Shown: one piece after another, positions 7,668-15,571 of the stretch | Position numbering within the stretch: position 1 is the first letter of the stretch | Layout of the letters: the number at the start of each line of letters is the position of its first letter | IMG/VR virus record: IMGVR_UViG_3300005573_000236 | Span: 1 to 28,918 of that record | DNA from: a virus | Taxonomy: Duplodnaviria; Caudoviricetes | Length of the DNA: 28,918 bases | Reading direction: 5' to 3' (one strand) | Program-made: the position numbers and the translations under genes | Notes under the pieces: generated by a model | The model's input: the letters and a program-made list of their open reading frames with translations, nothing else | Told to the model about the DNA's origin: nothing | Databases searched by the model: none

Positions 7668-9435
7668 CGCTTCAGAGACATGGGTTTCTACTCCCCCGTG
7701 ACTCGCTTGGTTTTTTGGATTTCTGACATTCTGTGACTCGCTTTTTTCCCCTGGGTTTCTAAATGACAATGGCTCGCTCTAATCACATGGATTCCTTTGT
7801 AGGAACGACTCGCTTGCGCGAACTGGGTTTCTAATGTTCTCTGACTCGCTCCCAAATCGTGGATTTCTCGGCGACCCTGACTCGCTCTCATGTTTTGGGT
7901 TTCTAGGAAGCAATGACTCGCTCGTTTTCTGTGGGTTTCTAATTGCCGCTGACCCGCTCTAATCACATGGATTTCTTTGTAGAAATGACTCGCTCGCCAA
8001 AACTGGGTTTCTGACATTTTGTGACTCGCTCTCACGCTCTGGGTTTCTGAGAGGCAATGACTCGCTTGTTGTCCTTGGGTTTCTCAGGACTCGTGACTCG
8101 CTTCTCTTTGATGGGTTTCTAGAACAACCTGACTCGCTCCCCTTCTCTGGATTTCTGAGCATTTTTGACTCGCTGTGAAATTTTGGGTTTCTTCGGAAAA
8201 ATGACTCGCTACTCGTCCGTGGGTTTCTGCGTGGGTCTGACTCGCTCCGATTCTATGGGTTTCTGATTGCCGTTGACTCACTTTAATCACATGGATTCCT
8301 TTGCAGGAATGATTCGCTTGCCGCTTTTGGGTTTCTGCCATTTTTTGGCTCGCTTCCTTCACTCGGGTTTCTAACTCCCGCTGGCTCGCTTCTCTTGAGT
8401 GGGTTTCTACTGTTCGTTGACTCGCTTCAGCGGCCTGGGTTTCTGGATATTAATGGCCTGCTCTAATTAGTTGGATTCCTTTGTAGAAATGATTTGCTCT
8501 TATTCCATGGGCTTCTCGTTTCATCTGACTCGCTTTCCGCGATTGGGTTTCTAGTGGCCGGTGGCTCGCTTGAAAGTCGTGGGTTTCTTAACCGGACTGA
8601 CTCGCTTGTCATCTATGGGTTTCTCAGGGTGACTGACTCGCTTCCCGGTTTTGGGTTTCTCTCCATCCACGACTCGCTCTGACGGAGTGGGTTTCTAGTG
8701 TGTCCTGACTCGCTTCTGTCTTCTGGGTTTCTGGCACACATTGACTCGCTTGCTCCGTTTGGGTTTCTAGCAGTGCGTGACTCGCTTGACACCCTTGGGT
8801 TTCTGAGCGTGCCTGACTCGCTCTTACGGATTGGATTTCTGATGCTCATTGACTCGCTTCGATCAGGTGGGTTTCTGCCTCAACCTGACTCGCTCTCCTG
8901 ACGTGGGTTTCTATTCCTTCCTTGACTCGCTCTTCGTCCGTGGGTTTCTCGGCAGCAGTGACTCGCTCCCCCTCCTTGGATTTCTGAGAAACACTGACCC
9001 GCTTGGACTTCTTGGATTTCTGAGCAACCCTGACTCGCTCCCTTCTCTTGGATTTCTGCGCCATTTTGACTCGCTCCAGATAATTGGGTTTCTATTGGGT
9101 ACTGGCTCGCTTCCATATTTTGGGTTTCTACCAAATAATGACTCGCTTCGAGGAAGTGGGTTTCTCTGGAGATGTGACTCGCTTTTAATCGTTGGGTTTC
9201 TAAAGTTCACTGACTCGCTTCCGGGCTATGGGTTTCTAGAATACGATGGCTCGCTTTTCGTGTCTGGGTTTCTCTCGAACCGTGACTCGCTGAAGATTAG
9301 TGGGTTTCTACCCTCACGTGACTCGCTTTCGCGTTCTGGGTTTCTCCGGTGTCCTGACTCGCTTTCGGTCGTTGGGTTTCTCCAATCCTTTGACTCGCTT
9401 GGGCGTCGTGGATTTCTTTAGGGTCTTGGCCCCTT
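7668..9435 (-). ncRNA. TIGR (tandem interspaced guide RNA)-type array, about 49 units of 36 nt
   Basis: two 9-nt repeats alternate (+ strand TGACTCGCT and TGG(G/A)TTTCT), separated by variable 9-nt spacers. Period is 36 nt, with one 8-nt spacer (7708-7715) and one 10-nt spacer (8913-8922). The array begins 2 nt after the stop of a Nop-domain gene. Confidence 0.92.
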
Positions 9436-9437
9436 CC

Positions 9438-10337
9438 TCACCCCTCTGTCCCCGTCCCGTGGTTGTACCCCAGTTTCCCCTCAGAATAGGGAACGCTCGG
9501 GGGGAATCCTTCCAGTTTCCGCCATTCCCGATGCAGGTCCACAAGGAACTGCTTGATCATATAGCGGATGGAACGGTTGTGGATATGGAGCTTCGACAAT
9601 CCGGCGCAATCCGGACGATGCGTGAGCCGATTCTTGTAGTCGTTATAGATTTTTGCGTAAACTCCCTTCTCTCCGACCCGCAGGAACGACGATCCCGCCA
9701 CGCCGATCAGCTTTGTTTTAAGGAACGGATTGAACGTGATGGAATCCCGTTCGGCTTCTTCCCCATCCTTGTTGATGTAGACCTTCTTGACAAGACTTTC
9801 CTTCTTTCTGGATCGTCCGACATTCCTGCCATCTTCTGTATTGACGGTGTCCAGCCCGGCATATTTCCAGAGGGATGAAGGATATTTGGCCTTCGTAATG
9901 TCGATTTCGGAGATGATGATACCGGCCAATGCCGGACCGATCCCCCTGACTTCCTTGAGATAATGCGTCCAGACCGGAAATTCCTGAAGGGATTTCTCAA
10001 GGAGTGCAAACTGCCGCTCTTCCATCTTCTCCATCTGGACATACTGATCGAAAAGACTCAGGAATGCGTAATCCGATATCAGGCCAATGGCAACGAATTT
10101 CCTCGGTGTCGGAATCTCCTGAAGACCATCCATGATCTTCTTGTAGTCTGCCCGAAGCCGGTCAAGGTATTTCTTGTCTTCCTTGTCCAGTGCTTCGGAT
10201 TCCGGAACAGACGGCTTGCTTCCCATGTCACGGGCCTTTACGTTGGCAACGATCCGGTTTCCCATCTGGATTCTGAGTTTTTGCAAGTCGTAGACACCTC
10301 GGACCTGTGTTCTGAGCGTTTCTTTTCTGAAGTCCAT
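9438..10337 (-). CDS. tasA: TIGR-associated Nop/IS110-like RNA-binding protein without nuclease domain (TasA-like), 299 aa
   Basis: AAGGAGA RBS before MDFRK; N-terminal coiled coil (YDLQKLRIQMGNRI); IS110/Nop motif LKEVRGIGPALAGIIISEID...SSLWKYAGL; no N-terminal RuvC (DEDD) or HNH seen; adjacent to the array. Confidence 0.85.
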   Translation of the reverse strand: MDFRKETLRTQVRGVYDLQKLRIQMGNRIVANVKARDMGSKPSVPESEALDKEDKKYLDRLRADYKKIMDGLQEIPTPRKFVAIGLISDYAFLSLFDQYVQMEKMEERQFALLEKSLQEFPVWTHYLKEVRGIGPALAGIIISEIDITKAKYPSSLWKYAGLDTVNTEDGRNVGRSRKKESLVKKVYINKDGEEAERDSITFNPFLKTKLIGVAGSSFLRVGEKGVYAKIYNDYKNRLTHRPDCAGLSKLHIHNRSIRYMIKQFLVDLHREWRKLEGFPPSVPYSEGKLGYNHGTGTEG

Positions 10338-10400
10338 GACAAATTTCTCCTTTCGATTTTGTTTTATGGTGGAAATTCCTTCATTCACGACGGTGAGCCA

Positions 10401-11057
10401 TCACCCTTCCCATCTTTGAAGGAGTCCATCGACCCACCATTCCCTGCGTCCGTCAGCCCGTTCGACTGCCGGGAGGCCATGATCCCGATGGAGTTTTCCA
10501 TCTGTCCACCATTCCTTGCTTCCATCGGCCCGTTCAACTGCCGGGAGACCCTGATCCCGATGGGGTTTTCCATTGATCCACCATTCCTTGCTTCCATTGG
10601 CTCGTTCAACTGCTGGGAGACCTTGATCCCGATGAAGTTTTCCATCTGTCCACCATTCCCTGTACCCATTACCGGACTCCACAGCGGGAAGACCCTGATC
10701 CCGATGGAGTTTTCCATTGACCCACCATTCCTTGCTTCCGTCTGCCCACTCAACGGCGGGAAGTCCTCCATCCCGGTGACGTTTCCCGTTCACAAACCAA
10801 GCCTTTCCTCCGTCTGCCCATTCAATGGCGGGAAGTCCTCCGTCCCGATGGCGTGTTCCTTCGGACCACCATTCCCTGCATCCGTCAGGCCATTCCACTG
10901 CGGGAAGATCGTTGTCCCGATGGAGACGGCCCTTCTGATACCATTTTCTTGTTGCATCGGCACATTCAAGGGCGGGAAGATCGTCATCCCGATGCCGCAC
11001 ACCGTTGTGATCCCACCATTCCACATCCCCGTTGTTAAATTTTTTCATCAATGTCAT
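10401..11057 (-). CDS. 23-aa tandem repeat protein (HRDxGLPAVExADGxKEWWxNGK; MORN/YwqK-like beta repeat)
   Basis: about 8-9 repeats, also visible as a 69-bp DNA period; AGGAGG RBS. Confidence 0.85.
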   Translation of the reverse strand: MTLMKKFNNGDVEWWDHNGVRHRDDDLPALECADATRKWYQKGRLHRDNDLPAVEWPDGCREWWSEGTRHRDGGLPAIEWADGGKAWFVNGKRHRDGGLPAVEWADGSKEWWVNGKLHRDQGLPAVESGNGYREWWTDGKLHRDQGLPAVERANGSKEWWINGKPHRDQGLPAVERADGSKEWWTDGKLHRDHGLPAVERADGRREWWVDGLLQRWEG

Positions 11058-11103
11058 CGGTTTCTTCCTCCTTTATTGACACCAAATCTGTTCCTTGTTG
11101 AAG

Positions 11104-11132
11104 AGTATACATTAGCTCAGACACGATGTCAA
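11104..11132 (-). promoter_or_regulatory. sigma70 promoter for the repeat protein-tasA-array unit
   Basis: TTGACA-17 nt-TATACT on the - strand. Confidence 0.8.
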
Positions 11133-11146
11133 GTTTTCCAAAATGT

Positions 11147-11611
11147 CTAGTTGACAGGCCCCAATCCATTTTGCATTTCAAGAAAACAACGGAAAACCCG
11201 GCGAACGTAGACCCTGTTGACAAATCCGTATCCTCTGATCCAGACGGCTGTCCCGGCATTGTAGGCGGAGATCACGCTACCCACGGATCGATATCGATGG
11301 ACCAGTTCGGAAAGATATTCGACCCCCGTCCGGATGTTGACGGCTGGATTGTACAGATTCCGGACAGGACCGGAATAGCCCACATGCCGTGCCGTTCCTT
11401 CTTCTATTTGCATCAGACCTCTTGATGTGTCCCCGTTGGTTTCCCGATGGGATGCCTTGGGATTGAAATCGCTTTCCACCCGAATGATGGAAGCGACCAG
11501 AACGGGATTAATTCCTTTAGGACAGGCGTATCGATGGATTAGGTTGGAATACGGCACGCCTAAATGAACTTGAAAACAGAGAGCCGTAGAAACCAGAACG
11601 GTTTTCAGCAT
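11147..11611 (-). CDS. soluble lytic transglycosylase (SLT) domain protein
   Basis: IRVESDFNPKA (catalytic ES), GLMQI, AYNAG; hydrophobic N-terminus. Confidence 0.9.
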   Translation of the reverse strand: MLKTVLVSTALCFQVHLGVPYSNLIHRYACPKGINPVLVASIIRVESDFNPKASHRETNGDTSRGLMQIEEGTARHVGYSGPVRNLYNPAVNIRTGVEYLSELVHRYRSVGSVISAYNAGTAVWIRGYGFVNRVYVRRVFRCFLEMQNGLGPVN

Positions 11612-11631
11612 AGTTTCCTCCTTTCCCCGAG

Positions 11632-11660
11632 AACATATCCTACGGGATAGAAAAAGTCAA
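11632..11660 (-). promoter_or_regulatory. sigma70-like promoter for the SLT gene
   Basis: TTGACT-17 nt-TATGTT on the - strand. Confidence 0.6.
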
Positions 11661-11682
11661 TCTTGGGAAAAAACAGTTTCGG

Positions 11683-13617
11683 TCAGTCAATCAGGGAAGG
11701 ATTGGTGGCGTCCAGAAAGAACGGGTTGATTCCCTGATCCTTGGGAACGAAACTGTCACAGGAGTGGATGGCGGATGTCGCCGTCCTGTGAAACGTGCAA
11801 AGGGCGGGAGTGTATTTGGGATCGAAGTAGGAACATCGCCCACAGGTCATCTCGAACGGGTCAAAGATGTCCATTTGGGAGGCAAAAATATCCAGTTCAG
11901 GGCAAGTTCCCATTCCGATGGGGAGCCGGGACATTCCGGCAGGAGGCAATGTCATCGTTTGGGTGTCGGATGCCACCTGTTGATGGGGGAAACTGAATCC
12001 GACTTCAACAGGACGATCCGCATTTTCCTGCATGGGATTGTAAGTGGGTCCGAACTGGATGACTGCCGATACCAACTGGACGAGGGAATCGACACGATCA
12101 TCCTGATTGTTTCGTGATCCATCGAATCGCAACAGTTCCGCCACAAACTCCGTCACCCACGAAGCGTTTCTGGGAAGAAGAATCCGTCCCAAGGCAAACC
12201 ATCCTTGTACGGAGAACGTTCCCATTCCCAAGGAGACTGTAGCCCTGTGAACTTTGGAAAGCGGGGGGACGGTCACGGGGATAATCGGAATTTCCACATC
12301 GGAAAGGATGGAGATCAGGGATTCCCCGGAGGACTTCTTTTCAATGCGAATGGGCAAATCCGGTTTCCACTTCTTGAACGCTTCCCGAATCGATCCCAGA
12401 AGTTGTTTGGGTTCCAGCCGGACTCGTGTTTCATCCAGAAGAAAGACATCGTAATGCGAATCGCAGGGACCGACAATATTGGAGTCTTCTCCCCGATGCC
12501 ATGACTGGCAAGGAAGAAGTCCAGCCGTCAGCCCGACGGAGTAGTCAGAGGATGTCGTGGCGGACCCTGCCGTGTCCCAAGATTGAATGAGATGCTCAAA
12601 GCGTTTGAGAAATTCGGCATTTCCGGGAAAGGTTCTGCCCATTCCCAGATGAGGAGGATCGTCATAGTACAGAAGGCTTTCTTCTTCAAAAATGGCATCA
12701 TTGGTCGAGATCGGCTGGCATTGATAGACGGCTTTGGTGACTCTGGGCTGGGACCGCTTCATGATGAAGTATTCACGGCGTTTCTGATCTGAAGTCGGCC
12801 AGAAGAATCCCTGTTTCTTGGGATCGATTCCATAGGGAATCTTTTTGACTTCGGGGCTTGCGATCTGACAAGTCACCCCTTCCGGAACGGAAACGTCATA
12901 ATAAAGCTGGCTTGATCCTTCCCGTTCAAAGGGAAGGGAGAGCGTGACGAAATCCCCCCGTTCCATCAATTGTCCATAGACATCATTGACTGCCCAACGG
13001 CGTCCGGCGATGATGAAGCGTGCCCCCATCGGATCGGCACGCCCCATAATCGTCATGGTGAACGCCCGGACGACATTTTCAATCTGTTCCGGAGTGGCGG
13101 AGTTCTCCAGATTGTGGATATCGTCCAGAATCAGGGTTTCCCCATGCTTGCCCGTCAGGGTCTTGGACCCGATTCCCGCTCCCCAATAGGAAGCATCGGG
13201 ATTGGACAGTCGATGTCCGGAGACGAACAGTCCTCTTTCCGTTGACCATCCGCTTTGCTTGTCCGGACGCACATCCGGAAAAATCTCCCGATAGACCGGA
13301 TGATGTTCGATAATCTGCATGGAGGATCGCATGAAACCCTGAATCAAATCCTCTCCACCTGAAATGCCGAGGAACGTATGTTCCGGATCGATTCCTAACA
13401 TATAGGTAGGATAAATGACGGAGATCAGGAGAGATTTCCCCGCACCGGGACCGACAATGACCATGAGGTTATTGATCGTTCGATCCAGAAGGGCCTTGGC
13501 GATAGGAACCAGATGTGGCTGCATCTGGATACCTTCACTAGCCAGGAGGGCGTTGTAATAGAGGATGAAACCTTCAAGAGAACCGGATCGTATTTTTTGC
13601 TTGTCGGCAAGAATCAC
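11683..13617 (-). CDS. terL: terminase large subunit
   Basis: Walker A GPGAGKS, LTGKHG, Walker B LILDD, YQCQP, nuclease motifs SWDTAG and DDRVDSL. Confidence 0.9.
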   Translation of the reverse strand: MILADKQKIRSGSLEGFILYYNALLASEGIQMQPHLVPIAKALLDRTINNLMVIVGPGAGKSLLISVIYPTYMLGIDPEHTFLGISGGEDLIQGFMRSSMQIIEHHPVYREIFPDVRPDKQSGWSTERGLFVSGHRLSNPDASYWGAGIGSKTLTGKHGETLILDDIHNLENSATPEQIENVVRAFTMTIMGRADPMGARFIIAGRRWAVNDVYGQLMERGDFVTLSLPFEREGSSQLYYDVSVPEGVTCQIASPEVKKIPYGIDPKKQGFFWPTSDQKRREYFIMKRSQPRVTKAVYQCQPISTNDAIFEEESLLYYDDPPHLGMGRTFPGNAEFLKRFEHLIQSWDTAGSATTSSDYSVGLTAGLLPCQSWHRGEDSNIVGPCDSHYDVFLLDETRVRLEPKQLLGSIREAFKKWKPDLPIRIEKKSSGESLISILSDVEIPIIPVTVPPLSKVHRATVSLGMGTFSVQGWFALGRILLPRNASWVTEFVAELLRFDGSRNNQDDRVDSLVQLVSAVIQFGPTYNPMQENADRPVEVGFSFPHQQVASDTQTMTLPPAGMSRLPIGMGTCPELDIFASQMDIFDPFEMTCGRCSYFDPKYTPALCTFHRTATSAIHSCDSFVPKDQGINPFFLDATNPSLID

Positions 13618-13713
13618 AAGATTTTCCTACAAATGCCATTGATTCATTGAAATCCATCTGATAGAATCCCTTTGATTGCTTGCGGGATTCTATCCCATCA
13701 TCATGAGGGCACC

Positions 13714-15552
13714 TTGAACAACAATACTCCACAGACCGCGAACGGTCAAGTTCCAGAGAATTCCGAAGGTAACACAGTCAAGGGTTGGTGGGTTCCATCG
13801 CTCGCCGATCCCCTTCCTCCCGCCCCCGGACAATCCAATGCTTCCGATTATGAAATGTACTTTCTGGAACATATCCGGGACATCGAGACATCCAAGCAGA
13901 TCGACAAAGATATTGAAGACGCTCCCGCCAAATCCGTCATGGATTGGGTTAAAAAGGCGCTGAGTCCTCCTCCATCCGCCTTTTCCTATGCCCGTATTTC
14001 CACTATGCCGGATTACTACAATCGGGGTGTCATCCAGTGGCCCGGTCTTCCTCCCACGTCCCTTAAAAAGATCGCTCGGGAAAATCTGGCCCCGATTGTT
14101 ATCATAGGGATGAGGACCGATGATATCCTTCGGTACGCCTCCCTGTCCCGACGATCCGAACCGTGGAAACCCGGATGGTCGATTACCTTGGAAGATTCCA
14201 CGATGGATACTGATCGATCCATCCGAAATGACATCAAGGAGGCGGAAAGCTTTATCCTGAACTGCAATGTTGAGAACAAGAGCTACATTCCAAGGGAAGA
14301 GTCCGGATATACGGCGTTCCGGACATTCCTGGGAGCCTTGACACGGGATTCCTTGACGTTCGACGGAATGGCCATCTTCACGGATCGGGACAATAGGGGA
14401 CGCATCAAGGCATTCACCGCCCTGTCTGCCCAGAACATCCGCCTGACAGCACCCACATCCGGATTTGACGGAGACAAGTCCATCTTTGCCGTGGGGATGG
14501 ATGAGGCAGGAAATATCAAGGACTATTTTACCCGCCACGATCTCATCTGGCATGTCCGGAATGCCCGTCCCGATCCTGATGCGGCAGGATATGGGTATCC
14601 GGAGATTGAACAGAGCGTTCGCCTGATTCAGGGATTCCAGAACAGTATCGACTACAACATTGACAGTTTCAACCGAAGTTCCGTCCCGAACGGGATGTTT
14701 GTCTTCTATGGGTCAGGATGGGTCCGAAGGACGCTGGACTATCTCGCCCGCCTGATGACAAACGCCAAACGGGGCATCACCAAATCGTGGACCCTTCCTT
14801 TCCTTGTCGCCCCCGCCGACGGAAAAGTCGAGATGATCGATTTTTCCCGTATCAAAGGCTCCGAAGCCTACTATCAGGACTTCATCAATATGATGATCGG
14901 CGCCTGCTGTTCCGTCTTCCGATTCCCGTCGTCCCGACTGGGATACCGCATTTCCGGACGGGGACCGGATACTGTCTTCAATCTCAAGGATACGGGAATC
15001 ACGGCGCAGGATGAGGCCGATCCCGGACGGGAACCTCTTCTGGGTCATCTGGAACACGTGATGGACATTATCGTCAAGTCCCGCTGGCCCCATCTCAAAT
15101 TCCAGTTTCACGGGAAGAGTCCCAAGGAAGACGCTCGGGAATACGAGATGCGGATGATGAGCATGACGCAAGACGAGCGTCGAAAGGCAGTAGGACTTCC
15201 TTCTCTGGAAAAGAGCCTGTCGAAAGAGGAGCAGAAGGATGAAATGATGGTCAAGTTGATGCGGATCATGGGCAAGGCTCCCGTGGATTCCGGACAAGCG
15301 GGTATTTACCAGAATCTGGCCGTTGCTGCGATGGGAGGCAAATCGGGAGGAAGTTCAGGCGGGGGCAATCCGGAAGCGATGTTTCCGGGAAAGCAAGATC
15401 CTGCCCTCTCCGAGGATCACGGTCATATGAGCGGCGTTCGCCGCAGAAGCAAGAAGGAGGAAGCCACCCAGCCCGGAAAGCAAAAAAAGCAGGGACTGAC
15501 CCGTCCCAAAACTCAACAAGGTGTTGACATCCAGAACATGCGCAATAGCTGA
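13714..15552 (+). CDS. portal protein (SPO1/Twort-like)
   Basis: RDSLTFDGMA, VRNARPD...GYGYPEIE, FNRSSVPNG; position at the start of the head operon. Start uncertain (TTG 13714 after GAGGG, or 13672). Confidence 0.85.
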   Translation: MNNNTPQTANGQVPENSEGNTVKGWWVPSLADPLPPAPGQSNASDYEMYFLEHIRDIETSKQIDKDIEDAPAKSVMDWVKKALSPPPSAFSYARISTMPDYYNRGVIQWPGLPPTSLKKIARENLAPIVIIGMRTDDILRYASLSRRSEPWKPGWSITLEDSTMDTDRSIRNDIKEAESFILNCNVENKSYIPREESGYTAFRTFLGALTRDSLTFDGMAIFTDRDNRGRIKAFTALSAQNIRLTAPTSGFDGDKSIFAVGMDEAGNIKDYFTRHDLIWHVRNARPDPDAAGYGYPEIEQSVRLIQGFQNSIDYNIDSFNRSSVPNGMFVFYGSGWVRRTLDYLARLMTNAKRGITKSWTLPFLVAPADGKVEMIDFSRIKGSEAYYQDFINMMIGACCSVFRFPSSRLGYRISGRGPDTVFNLKDTGITAQDEADPGREPLLGHLEHVMDIIVKSRWPHLKFQFHGKSPKEDAREYEMRMMSMTQDERRKAVGLPSLEKSLSKEEQKDEMMVKLMRIMGKAPVDSGQAGIYQNLAVAAMGGKSGGSSGGGNPEAMFPGKQDPALSEDHGHMSGVRRRSKKEEATQPGKQKKQGLTRPKTQQGVDIQNMRNS

Positions 15553-15571
15553 AACCCCTAGGAGGTTCATT

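Noticed and set aside
7668-9435. CRISPR array
   Set aside because: Two alternating 9-nt repeats with 9-nt spacers do not fit CRISPR repeat or spacer sizes, and there are no cas genes
7688-9544. Repeat-peptide ORFs across the array (RASQ..ETQ, SES..RNP, GFL..DSL)
   Set aside because: By-products of the 36-nt period: fragmented by stops and frame changes, no RBS, and spacers vary without codon constraint
9438-10337. IS110 transposase or insertion sequence
   Set aside because: No N-terminal DEDD RuvC domain and no SG catalytic motif after YAGL; linkage to the array fits a Tas protein better
10401-11057. 69-bp repeats as a second guide array or DGR template
   Set aside because: They encode a coherent in-frame 23-aa protein repeat with an RBS, and no reverse transcriptase is present in the window
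9963-11150. 395-aa + strand ORF and other long antisense ORFs (13690-14553, 23315-24169, 27620-28561)
   Set aside because: Shadow frames opposite well-supported genes
13223-13240. Partial match (14/18) of guide ACGAACAGT-TCTCTTGAG inside terL
   Set aside because: Four mismatches in one half and the differences are not synonymous; expected by chance with 49 guides. I saw no perfect 18-nt self-target in the window, though this was a visual scan only
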